Shown here in pieces: positions 51,948-64,000 of a DNA stretch of 64,000 nucleotides. A program made the translations under genes and the position numbers. The DNA is from Octopus vulgaris (lineage: Eukaryota), in NCBI GenBank assembly GCA_951406725.2, contig OX597821.1:81406001-81470000 (forward strand). The letters are read 5' to 3'. The notes beneath the pieces are model-generated. The model did no database searches, was not told where the DNA came from, and saw only the letters and a program-made list of their open reading frames with translations. How positions within the stretch are numbered: the first letter of the stretch is position 1; the number at the start of each line of letters is the position of its first letter.

Positions 51948-54900
51948 ATTTTTTAAAAATAGAATAAACTTAAGCAGCTGTCAGTTTTTGACAAGCAGAA
52001 ATTTCAAGTGACAATTTTAGAAAACCTGTGAATGGATTAAGGAGATAGTAATCAAAGCTATTAGTCAACAGGAGGAAGAAGATAGCACACGTTTGTATAT
52101 ATGCTTATGTCATCATTTAGCCTCAAGTTAAAATCTGATGAAGAAGACCTGTGACCAAAGCCAGTCTAGCTGTGACCATCCAGTTTATTCTAATATTAGG
52201 GGCAATGTATCCTTCTTTACTGAAGACAAGACGGAGTGAAACAAAGGGCAGTTGTTTGCTACTTCTAGTAGGTCAGCAAACTGAGCAGCAAAATAAAAGT
52301 TTGACTTGTCAGTTCAGCTCTACATAGAACTATTGGTAATCAATGAATGTTACTGAAATATTCTGAATGACCAAACATCAATGATTAGCTGGAAGTTTGT
52401 TGAAGAAAGGTTAAAGATTATGGTGTTTATATAACAAATGCATTGTTAGGCATTTGTACATGGTAGAGACTCACATATGCCATATAGTGTGATGAAAAAC
52501 TTTGATTAACTGAGACTAACCTTACAAGTAGTAGACAAATGCTCCCTCTACTGTTATTCATAATCTAAAATCAACAGCAAAAATTCCAATATTATCAGCT
52601 AACCCAAATATTTGAAAAATAAAGATGATGCATCCAGTAGTGGTTCTCGACTGTACAACTGGTGACAGCAATAGAAATGTTTCAGTCTTCTTAGATCTCC
52701 TCAGCAATGTACATTCAGCACAGCTGACAAAATTTAGAGATCATGGGTAGGAGTCGCTTTTTCGCATTCACATGAACTCCTTACCTATGCACTTCAGGCA
52801 ATCCCCTACCATCCCATTTATATTCACATCTTCATACCTTAAGAGTATGACCTGGCACATCATCACTATCTCTCTGTCTCTTCCTTGCTCTCTCTCTCTC
52901 TCTCTCTGACTGGTGTAATCATATACCATCTCTACAGCAAGATACTTGTTTCTGTCCCTCTCATCACCTGGCACAAAGTTACCTCCTTCAACACCATCCC
53001 CTCTCCAAAGGATCTTTGTTTTGTAAGTTGCTTGAAGACTTCAATCATGCTGTTGCCATATAAAAAGCATCTAGTCCACTTTGCAAAGTGATTGGTGTTT
53101 GGAACGGCATCCATCCATAAAAATCATACCAAAGCAGACCTTGCCAGTACTGGTGCCATGTAAAAAGCATCCAGTCCACTCTGTAAAGTGGTTGGCATTA
53201 AGAGGGGCATCCAGACATAAAGACCATGCCAAAGCTGACCTTGGTGGTAGTGGCTCCATGTAAAAAGAACCCAATTCACTCTGTAAAAACCCTGCCAAAA
53301 CAGACAGTGGAGCTTGGTGCAGTCCTCTGGCTTGCCAGCTCCTGTCAACCTGTCCAACTCATGCTAGCAAGGAAGAAAGACATTAAAGGATGATGGTATA
53401 AGTACGGGGATGGTTTTGTGGAATGAAGTTTGCTTCCCAACCACATGGGTACATGTTTTGTTCCACTGCATGGCACCTTGAGCAAATGTTTCCAACTATA
53501 GCCCTAGGCCAATTAAGGCCTTGTGAGTAAATTTGAAAACCTTTGTTAACTCAGGTTATCTTAGCAGTTAGTTAGCAAATCTCCCTCTAGAAGTATCTAA
53601 ATTGTAGATACAACAATGTAAATATAACATGTATACACAGCTAGCAGAAGTCACCTTTGAATTATTTTAGCTTACACTAATTTCCCTGGGCAGAATATAC
53701 TTCGTTGAGGTGATCAAAACAGATTCACTGCTTACACTAGTTTTAAAGACTTGGTTCACTCCGAATAGTATTATCATCTTTTCCCAATAATTTGGATTAA
53801 CCGAGGCTGGGTGATCTCCCCTATTTTTGTTTATTTTTTAAAAAATTTTAACAACCACCCACCTTAAGAAAGAGTGTCTAATTGTAAGGATAATCTATGT
53901 TAATAGACGATTTAACAAGTTTACTATTATACGTATATATAAGAGAAACTATTGTACGTGACTTACGTACGCAGAACGCTCCTCTGAGGTATTTCTTTAA
54001 GTTCAATTGTCATTTTTGCTTGTTACATAGAATATCAAAACATTGGCGAGCGTTGAATTTTGCTGAGAATGCCATCAATAACAAGTCTGAGAAACAGCTG
54101 TGTATATGGTAATCGTTTCAGATAATAAAGAGTAGAGAAATATTCAATATTCCCCCACCACCACCACCACCGAAGAAAGTTGACAAATTTCCAGTTGTTG
54201 ATGTTTTAGTCTCAAGTCAAACCTGATGGAGCAGATCTATGAACAAGAGTAACCATCTCGTCGTTTTAGGGGCTTCACTACGAGTCATTCTTTTGAATTT
54301 ACCCCTTATTCGAAAGAAAAACAAACAAAATCTTGAAAATTACACTAAAATATTTATTTTAGTGCTCCAGGTCGAATCTGATCGAGCAAAAATATTATCA
54401 AAGGCGTTCTGGCCATGACCATCATCTTGTCTTGTTTAGACGTAGTCACTTTGGACAGTAAAAAGTGATTTGGCTGTTATTTCTTATTTTGGTTAGTAGT
54501 AAGTATCCTCATAGGCTCGTAAAAATCTTGTGTGATCGTATTTCTGAGAAAGGCGGATGATGACGACGGCAAGGGTGGAATGCCATTGAAAGAAGTTTCA
54601 TTTTAATTATCAAACTTAAGGAAAACAAAATACGATCAAATGTCGAGACACAGTAAATAGGAAACTATAGCGAGAAGGTATCCGTCCATACAATCGTAAC
54701 TGAACTTATAATTGATTAAATAAAGAGAGAAAAAAACCCACCAAATAACGGAAGACAGTCATAACACACACACATACACATACACACACGCACAGTGTCA
54801 CACATTTAACCACGCGACAGTGGGTGGACACCAATGTATGTGTATACAATTTGAATGTGAGCAAGAGTAAATATATACATACATTTACACTGGTACGTGA

Positions 54901-55625
54901 ATGTATATAAATGTATAAACATTTACGTTTACATATATATGTGTGTGTGAGGATATCTAATCAATAATGATGTTATTATAAGACTTAAGAAGAGTTAAAA
55001 TAATCATCCAGGTAGAAAATAGCTTTAACACCATACTACTCTCTCTCTCTCTCTCTGTATATATATATATATATATAAATATCTCCCCCTTTCTCTTGTT
55101 TCTCAGTCCCTTTCTCTTGTTTTCTTTGCCAGCTATCTTCTTTCTATTCCTCTTTCAAAATACTTATAAAATGCCTCGCCATCCACCCAACTGTAGATAT
55201 TAGTTCTCCGTGTGACATAATGCAACAAAGTGTTCCCCGGTGAGCTCTGATGGTTAAGCACCCAATTGCACCCGGAATATCTCATGCAGGGTTCCAAGCA
55301 ATCACAATCGTGAAACGGACGTAAGAACTAATTACTAGAAATTTGTGTTTATCCTAATAATAACAATAATAATAATTATATATATATATATAACAAATAT
55401 ATAACAAGCATTTGTAGGTTTGCAGTAACAAGACACACATTCTTCCTGTAAATATATAAATACGGTGAATGAGAAGAAAACAATTTTTTCCCTAAAAAAC
55501 GAATATTTTTCTTGAAGAGCAAAAATATGCAAAACAATTGGAATTTGATAACATTTCAATAGCAAACAACGACAAAGAGGAAAATATATGCATTTGGGCG
55601 AATGTGTTTAGGCATGTATACTTAC

Positions 55626-56030
55626 GAATGAGTAGCTGGATGTTTTACATGATACAGAATGATCACGGTTGAGGAAAGAGAAAGCAAAAATGCAGAAATT
55701 GTTAATTAAACAATCGAACGATTCTCGTCCAACTCACAAAATACCGTCTGTTAATAACGTACAGAGCTAGCATTGTTTCAGCTTTTACATCCGGCAGAAA
55801 ACAATACCAAAATAATTCAGTGTTTGTAATTATAATTTGTTTTTTCATTTGTCATAGTTGTTAATAAAGAAGTTATTGTGAAAGAAAAAACTAATGATAA
55901 AATAATAATATGATATATATATGTGCAGTCAGAGATTTTTGCTTTTAATACGAAAACTTTACAATTCAGTGATATGCGTACTTCCGCTTCGGTTTCGTTC
56001 GAACAAAACCGGATAATAACACGTTCTCTA
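55626..56030 (-). promoter_or_regulatory. Candidate PIKfyve promoter and non-coding first exon
   Basis: Non-repetitive, relatively CpG-rich stretch; ETS-type motifs (GCGGAAGT at 55987-55980, CCGGATGT near 55790); candidate donors gtaagt (55625) and gtgagt (55737); the ATG exon has an acceptor, so an upstream exon is required. Confidence 0.45.
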
Positions 56031-56565
56031 CATACAAATAGACACACACATAGAGTGTGTATGTATGTATATCAGATAAGGAGTGGGGTACAATGAGTAA
56101 TATTTACTACATTTTTCATTGAGAAAAACTGCCTTACAAAATCTACATCAGTACAATGAAGGAGAAAAGAGGGGGTAAGATCATTTTAGTTGTTGCTATT
56201 CCAAAGGCACGATGAGTGTGTATGTGGTGTGTGGTGTGTGTGTGGGGGAGACAGCATTTAAAAGACATGGATTTTTAAAATTCTTCTTTTAAAAAGGCTT
56301 TCCTTCAATGTTTTGCAATGCATGATTTAAAAAAGGGGGAAATTCCGACAAGAGGGGTGGAATTCCAAGTTAATTTGAACAGTTGTTCTGAAAGTCCACT
56401 TTTCCAGTTTCCAGTAGGGTTAGTGGGGCACAATGAGTAATTTACTGCATTTTTTACTTTAAAAGAAAAATTATCTCTTTTTTACAAATATTCACTACCT
56501 TACAAAAGCTATATCAGCTAAGCAGATGACCTTCTCTAAATGCGTTAAAAACACTATAACACATG

Positions 56566-56695
56566 CAGGGCTGGCCCTAGGGTTACTGACGCAGCGTGTA
56601 CAAGCTGACGGTCGTGGAAATTTCCTCGTCTTTGTCTCGTCCTCCTTGGCACCTCGGGTGATTGCCCGGGTTGCCAGAATCTTGAGCCGGCCCTG
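56566..56695. mobile_element. Short GC-rich MITE
   Basis: CAGGGCTGGC...GCCGGCCCTG inverted termini; no clean TSD. Confidence 0.55.
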
Positions 56696-56989
56696 ATCGT
56701 ATGAAGAACACTATTTCAAAAAAATATCTTTTAGCATACAAAAGAGAAATTTACATGGGACAAAATGAGTAAGACATGATAAGGTAAATTATCACTTCAA
56801 TTCTCTAGAATTACATTTGAAAAAAGACTTATACGGATCGGTATCTTTCCTAAGACACCAGAAAGATCAGGAATGCAGCAAAAATTTAAAATATCAAGGA
56901 CAAATGAAAGAGCATCAGGGAAAAATGACACATGATATAAAATTAACGAAACTCGATTGATGTAACTTTTTCATGATCAGCCGGAGAGG

Positions 56990-57990
56990 CTCTCTTCCTG
57001 ATATATTTACACACCAACATGGACTAATTCCAACAGGGAGATGGATAAACTCTGCTATATTGGAGAGCTGGGGTTGTCAAATCCTGTTACAATTGAGGAT
57101 AGACGGAGGCAGAGAGTATGGGACAATCTGCGTTCAAGTGTCACTTTCAACTCTCTCCTTGATCAATCCGATCAATTTTCAAGGTGTCGCCGAATTTCTG
57201 CCAGTCCAAAATTCTCGGGGGACTGGATTAATACCCAGCCTGTGGCCAACATCGGAAATCTACTCAGTCTAGATGAGCTCCGCATCTCCATCGCACTCAG
57301 AGTGGGAGCTGACGTTTGTAGGGGATTGAGATGTCGTTGTGGTAGGCCCCTTGATACCGCAGGCCTTCACGGTTTGTCTTGCCGCCTAAATGCTGGTCTT
57401 TTCGCCCTTCACACTGAGTTAAACCGAATCATTAAACAAACCTTGGCTCGGATTAATATCACCTCAGTTCTGGAGTCGGTAGGATTATACAGAAGTGATG
57501 GAAAGAAACCAGATGGTCATACCCTCTGTCCCTGGGTTAGAAGTAAGTGTCACATCTGGGACGTCACAGCCTGTGACTCTTTTGCTCCTTCTCACATCCT
57601 GGATGCTACGGTAAATGGAAGGGTCACAGTTTCCGTAGCCGAACGGAACAAAAACCTGAAGTATTGGAACCTGGGAAGAGAGAAATATCTCTTCCAGCCT
57701 GTGGCGCTTGAGACGTCTGGAGGGACTGGGCCACTAACCGCAAAGTTCTCATCGTTGGCAGCTTGCCTCACCGAGGTGTCAGGGGATGCCCGTAAGATGC
57801 TTGGCTTTTCCAACACCTTAGCCTCGCAATCACTTATGGTAATGCTGCGTGTGTGTTGGCTTACTTCAGTAGGTTCCGTTGAATTTTGTGGTGTGTGACC
57901 AAGAGAAGCACTTGGTGGTGCATTGATGGTTTATTTTTTCTCTTCTCTTTTTCTCTGCATTTTCCCCCTTTCTCTGATTTTTTCTTTTGT
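56990..57990 (+). mobile_element. 5'-truncated CRE-clade non-LTR retrotransposon (zinc knuckle plus RLE)
   Basis: SGDW..P....G..L...ELRISIALRVG, CRCG..D..GLHGLSC, H.ELN.II, KKPDG..PW...WDVT, AE..K..KY, FQPVALETSG in ORF 57041-57898. Confidence 0.9.
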
Positions 57991-58337
57991 GAAAACTATA
58001 TTAGATAGAATAAAGTATCATCGAAAAGAAATTGAAATTAGTCGTTACTCATTTTGCCCCAATCTAAACATTTTATTGAAAATTATTTCAAGTCTAAACC
58101 CTGCTACAAATCATTTCAACCTATCATTGCTTGTATATGGTAATTTTTCTGGACATTCTAAAAATGTCTGAAACCTGTTTTGGTTTAACTTCATGAGAGC
58201 AGCCAATTTATATAACGCGGAACTCTACACACCACATATCTCTATGTCTTCAATCTACATGCATCAAATTTTAAGTTCGTATTGAAACCTAGCACATACG
58301 CAGTTCATATATTATTCAGAAAGACAAAAGATTTAGC

Positions 58338-58969
58338 GGATCTTTTCCTTTTGAACGGCACATGTCAACACAAATTCTAGTTAACTTAAACACTTTAAAA
58401 CTTCGTATACTGGTAGAATGTGTCAAAATAAAACATTTTTTTCTCTTGGCTTTCTTGAGAAAATTGTAATTCGTTTGTTTAACGTAGTTTAATTTTTCGA
58501 ATGTTAACCAATGAATCGCCTTTAATTGAGCTAACATCATTTGCTGCGTCTAAAACTGAGACAACATCCTGTCACTTACCCTAAACCTCACCCTAACACT
58601 AACCCTAATTTTTTTTCTTAATTGTTACGCGTGTAAAAAAAACGGAAGGCTAAAACGAAATCGTAACAATTAAATTAATTTAACAATTAAGAAAAAAAAA
58701 TTAAGGTTAGTGTTAGGGTGAGGTTTAGGGTAAGTGACAGGATGTTGTCCAGTTTTAGACGCAGCAAATGATTTTAGTTCAATTAGAGGCGATTCATTGG
58801 TTAAAATTCGAAAAATTAAACTATGTTAAACAAATGAATTACAGTTTTCTCAAGAAAGCCAAGAGAAAAAAATGTTTTATTTTGACACATTCTACCAGTA
58901 TACGAAGTTTTAAAGTGTTTAGTTAACTAGAAATTGTGTTGACATGTGCCGTTCAAAAGGAAAAGATCC
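58338..58969. mobile_element. Foldback MITE with ~290-bp TIRs, GG..CC ends and 8-bp TSD (Merlin-like)
   Basis: GATTTAGC|GGATCTTTTCCTTTTGAACGGC...GCCGTTCAAAAGGAAAAGATCC|GATTTAGC. Confidence 0.92.
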
Positions 58970-60170
58970 GATTTAGCTTCTGTTCAAGCAGTGTTCGTGT
59001 ATAGGGAGAAGTAGACGAGAGTAAAACGGAATTGAGAACATAGAAGTCACCCAAAACAATGACTTCAGAGAGTGGTGAAGTGAGATATGATTACAAGAGA
59101 TAGTTAAACAGTTGCCAGGGATTTGAAGAATTTGGAGAGTGGTAATGACAAGAGGAAAATTTGGAGGTGTGGGGAGAGGAGACTTGTTACTGAAAAGCAT
59201 GTTAGATGATATAAACGCCGTAGCTGGTGTCTGTTGCACTGCCTTGAGCTGATTTCAGCTGCTGCGCTTTGAGTTGGTTTCAGCCGCTCTGCATCACTTT
59301 GGTATTTAGTTGTTTGGGTTCCAGTCCACACTGGAACAGCGCACCAAACTACAAAAAATGTTAATTATTTGATATTTTCCACTCTGTCAACTGTTAGCTA
59401 TTCTTAAAGAAAGGGACAAATAATTTCAAGTAATTAATAATAAATCTTTTAAATTTAATTTATTTGCTTAGGTGAGAGTCTGATCTTCGCAAGCAAGAAG
59501 CAACAACGGTTTCTGCCAATCAGACTTCATAGGTATTGTATAGTCTGTTGAAAGCTACTTTTATTCAGTTGGTTTCCTAAGTCTACATCAACCTGATAAA
59601 ACCAACGCGAATAACAATGAATCTACATAAAGACGGATTTGTAATTCTGTAGGAAACGGCATTCACTCTCCAACGATCTGTTTCTGGTTTTGTATTTTTT
59701 AATACTAAATACACATGATGTGGAGGCACATGGCCTAGTGGTTAGAGCAGCGGACTCGTGGTTGAGAGATCATGGGTTCGAATCTCAGACTGGGCAATGT
59801 GTGTGTTTATGAGTGAAGCTCCACGCAGCTCCGGTAGAAGGAAATGGTGAACCGCTGCTGACTCTTTCACTACAACTTTCTCTCTCTCTTTCTTCCTGCA
59901 TCTAGCAGCTCACCGGCAATGGACCAGCGTCCCATCCAGGTGGGGAACCTATACCCCAATGAAACCGGGAAACCAGCCCTTATGAGAGAGGCATGGCTTT
60001 AGAAGGAACAAGTTCTGCTGAGATAGACTTTGCCTTTTATCCTTTCGGGGATGAGAAAATAAGTTCCAATTGAGTACAGGGGTTGATGTAAATCGACTAA
60101 ACCCTCTCCCTAAAACTGATAGCCTTGCGCCAAATTTGAAAGAATGATTAAAAAATCATCACTATCATCA

Positions 60171-60671
60171 TCAATATCTATAAATCTGAAATGCGAAAAG
60201 TTTGTTTGGTTTTGGCATTGGAACGGGTTAAAGGGCACTAGATCCCGTCGGATTGACTCCAAAATTTACAGGGACATGTAAAATGAGGCGAGGATATGAG
60301 TGGGCTAGGTTAGAAATCCCTATCTTAAAAGGTGTGGTTACTAGGGAAAAAATGCACACTTTGACAAGTCTACTCTCATTCTATTATCTGCCTGTCTTCC
60401 TCCGTGTCTCTCTCTTTCCTCCCTTCCTTTCACTTTCTCTCTATAACGTCGTTTGACAGTGTCTACTATATTTCCCCCGCCGCCTTCACTCTTTCTTCCA
60501 CATCCTCTTTCTACGTCTGTCTGCATTCATAAAGAGAATTATTATCGCCACCACGACCACGCAATCATGAGAACAAATATTATGAATCAGATATTTATTG
60601 GGTTAATTTATATATGTGTGTGTTCTATATATAAATATGTATATATAATGTATGTATACAAATTGTATATA

Positions 60672-60726
<55 letters not shown>

Positions 60727-61105
60727 TAGCAGTATCGCCCGGCGTTGCTCCGGTTTGTAAGGGAAATAACTATATAAGCATTTTTAGAGAGTTATAGCCA
60801 AAAAATAGCAAAAAATGCATTAAAAATGGAAAAAATTATGGTAAATTTTTTTTTAATCGTAGACATTTTTAGAGAGTTACTTCCCTTATATAATAGCGAA
60901 AAATGCATGAAAATGGAAAAAAAGGATGGTAAATTTTTTTAAAATCGTAGACTCATCGTAGACGCGCGCTAATACCCAGAAGGGCTCGATAGGAATCACG
61001 ACTATAAGATACCCGGTTTTGGTTAAACTGCACCGCAAAATATGGGAGTAGTTAGGAATCTAAATCGTAGGAGACAGATACACAACTTCACTTTTATATA
61101 TATAT

Positions 61106-61150
<45 letters not shown>

Positions 61151-61963
61151 CATATATATTGCGTATATATGTACATATATATATTTAATGCAAAAGGCGT
61201 GACCTCTAGGACAAAATTCCTCATCTTATAAAATGTGGCCCGAGTAAACCCGAATGAAATCGTGTTACATTAACCAAAATGTGAAAAGGGGTCTAAATGG
61301 GGCTGGAAGGGGATTAAAATTTACAGGAGCGGGTGTTTAGGAACTCTGTTACATCAAGCTAAAAAATTTGCGCCAGCCTGTAAATCTTCAATGTGTTGCC
61401 GTCCATGATGAAGAAGTTTTGAATGCTTGCCATGGTGAGTCTACTGTCGTGAGAAAGAATCACTTCAAAAGTTTTTGTTTAGGAATTTTCTTTTACATCA
61501 AGTTCAAAATTTTACGCCAGCCGTTAAACTGCCACTACGTTGCTGTCCGTCGTTAAGAAATGCCAGCCATGGTGACTCTACTATCCTCAGATTCTATCCC
61601 TTCAAACTTTGGTTTCCAATATTTTTTTATTTTTATTCAGCTCGCAAGTTCGTCTGCCTTGAAGCAGACCTTTCCGTTGTCACTGCCTGATATTTATGAT
61701 TGATCTTTCAAAATATTTTTCTTTCTCAACTTACTTAAGACCTTTTGTTGTTTATAAATGGGAGAGAGATAGATAGAGAAAGATAGAGAGTAAGAGAAAG
61801 CGAGGGAGAGTCCGAGAGAAAGAAAGAGTAAGAGAGTGGGAAAGTGAGAGAGAAAGGAGAGAGAAACAAAGAGGGAGAGTGTGGTGATAAAAAACAGAAA
61901 GGAAGCAACAGAAAGTAACAACCACACTCTTACCCGCGCGTAGAGTGGGTCACCTTAAGCTAG
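60171..61963 (+). mobile_element. Non-autonomous Helitron, copy 1
   Basis: A|TC 5' end; 3' hairpin acccgc..gtgggt followed by CTAG (61960-61963). Confidence 0.8.
60726..61100 (-). mobile_element. Different small Helitron nested in a (TA)n tract inside copy 1
   Basis: Minus strand ends ccgg-agcaacg-ccgg hairpin + gcgatactgCTAG|T; 5' end tatataaaagtgaag in a TA tract. Confidence 0.75.
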
Positions 61964-62600
61964 TCAATATCTATAAATCTGAAATGCGAAAAGTTTGTTT
62001 GTCTGGTTTTGCCATTGGAACGGGATAAAGAGCACTAGATCCCGTCGTCGGATTCGCTCCAAAATTTACAGTGACATGTAAAAAGAGGCGAGGATGTTAG
62101 TGGGCTGGGTTAGAAATCCCTATTTCAAAAGCTGTGATTACTAGGGCAAAATAACCCACACTTTGACAAGTGCTTGTCGCTCCTCTTTTTCGTATATGAC
62201 CCTCTCTTCCTCGATCTCTCTCTTTTCCCCCGTCCCTCCAACTTCTTTCTATAACTACGTTTGGCAGCTTCGCCGTCTCTCTCTTACTCTTTCTTCCACC
62301 ACCCCTCTCACTGTATGATTGTCGTTTCTTTGGCTAACTGCCTGTCTTCCTCCGTCTCTCTCGCTTTCCCCCTTCCCTCTACTTTCTCTCTATAACGACG
62401 TTTGACGCCTCCGCCGTCTCTCCTTCTTCTCCACCGCCTCTCTCAATGTATGTCCGTTTGTATCTATAAAGACGAAACGTGACAGCCGCAAAAGTTTAAA
62501 TATTCCCACCACAGGTCTTTCAGAACGGTGAATTATTATCGCCCATCACCACCGCACAATTATAACTGATAATATTTATCAGAAGATATGTTATTATTCT
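61964..62600 (+). mobile_element. Non-autonomous Helitron, copy 2 (3' end not located)
   Basis: Starts TCAATATCTATAAATCTGAAATGCGAAAAG, identical to copy 1; similarity continues to ~62560. Confidence 0.8.
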
Positions 62601-64000
62601 GCGTGGATAAAAGATTTGTTGTGCTGAGAAATTTAAGAATTTATTTGTATGCTCAAGGCGACCGTCGTTAACAAAAATTTGTCAGTAAATTTGAAAACAT
62701 TTTCCATTTTTGAAATATTTACTTCTTAACTATTTTATTCGTTTTCCCATTGTAAACCAAATCATCTTTTGGTTTCAAAATATTTTATTTCTCAGATTTG
62801 CTTTTCAATATGCCTATGCGTAAGAGCTCCAACTTATCAAACCACCGAGCTCGAGTGAGGAAATTGCAAAAGAGGGAGGCACATGCTCGGGTAAGTTTTT
62901 GATTAATAAATAGTCTTTTTACCTAAAAGAAAAATACTTCTAATTCGGGCTTTTCGCTTGCCTTCTGGTGATAACGTTCCGTTTAAAAAATTTTTTTTTT
63001 TTTTTACATTACTGACAACATTAAAATCATAAAAATAATACCTCATTTGTTTGTTTTTTTTTCTCCATTTTTCTAAGCTATACTTAAAGCACGTTTTTTC
63101 CATGCTTTAACTGTCAATTACAAAAAAACCTATTCATATTTTATACATTAAATGTAAACGAGCTCTTCGTTCTTTTAAAATTTACTGAGAAAAACTGACC
63201 AGATACACCCCTATTTTTAATAATGTTTTAGGCACATTGCTGCTTTTTTCCTCCTTTTCTTCATGAAGTCTCACTCCTTGGAATCCTTAACTGCCCAAAA
63301 CTCGCCAATGGAGCAAATATAAAGAGAATCCGACACCAAGCGCTCGCGTTCTGGTGATCACGTAGGTTTTTTTGATCTATTACTTTTGAACATTTATTTA
63401 GAACCCTGCACATTTTTCGTGCTAAATTTTCATTTGTTACTACTTTTTAAAATTTTTTTGAAAATTGATGCTTTTATTAAAATAAATTATAATTCTCCTG
63501 GTCAACAGTTCGTTTCCTCGGAGGATAGGGAAATTCCTATTACCCGTCAGAGAAGTAACTCCACACCCCTATTTTTAATAATTTTTTAAGCACACTGCTT
63601 TTCTTCCACCTTTTCTCCATGCTTCAAGGCGGCCGTACGGCACATTGTGCATTCAAATTGCCCATGGACATTGGAAAAAAAAAAGATAATCCTATATGTA
63701 ATACACTGTTCCATTGGTCTTTTTTTGTTTTTTTTCAAGTTTAGGTGGTGTCGAAAGGATTGGCATAACCTCTGTCAGTCGAACTCCTAACTCATGCGTT
63801 CACGTCGCGATACTCTTTCTACAAAACTGAGCTGGGTGTGAATTCTAATTTCATACACTTTTGCAGATGTGAGTTTACAGTCTGCCTTTTTGGGTTTAAA
63901 CTATCTTCCTGCAGGTTAAAAATTTTTTTTAGAGTCCTCGACAATATTCGCCACCGAAATCCCATTTTTCAATTCTATGTTTATACCCAGAGTGCTCTTA

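Noticed and set aside
58575-58735. Interstitial telomere or chromosome-fusion site
   Set aside because: Repeats are few, degenerate and internal to a TSD-flanked transposon

Overview
AT-rich, repeat-dense animal genomic DNA. The tRNA-derived SINEs, RTE LINEs and (TA)n/(CA)n/(TAA)n microsatellites resemble an octopus (coleoid cephalopod) genome; that assignment is inference. The window holds the 5' part of one large minus-strand gene, PIKfyve/Fab1 (PtdIns3P 5-kinase). I traced 14 GT-AG coding exons by hand, from the start codon at 37630 down to 454. They join in frame (2019 nt, 673 aa) and encode the N-terminus, FYVE, DEP and the start of the CCT/chaperonin-like domain; the gene continues off the left edge. 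A probable non-coding first exon and promoter lie near 55.6-56.0 kb, where CpG becomes visibly commoner. The rest is intronic or intergenic transposon debris: RTE, R4/Dong-like, CRE and Penelope retroelements, a Tc1/mariner transposase, hAT, piggyBac, Merlin-like and pogo-like MITEs, Helitrons/HINEs and several SINE families. No rRNA, functional tRNA or CRISPR was seen. The most notable oddities are an out-of-frame overlapping uORF at the PIKfyve start, a LINE-derived 228-bp tandem array with 456-bp higher-order structure, a CpG-rich LTR-like insert with a symmetric NRF1/ETS palindrome, a perfect head-to-tail Helitron junction and a 632-bp foldback element with an 8-bp TSD. I found no clearly new multi-gene system. 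TE and SINE boundaries are approximate unless a TSD or terminus is quoted.
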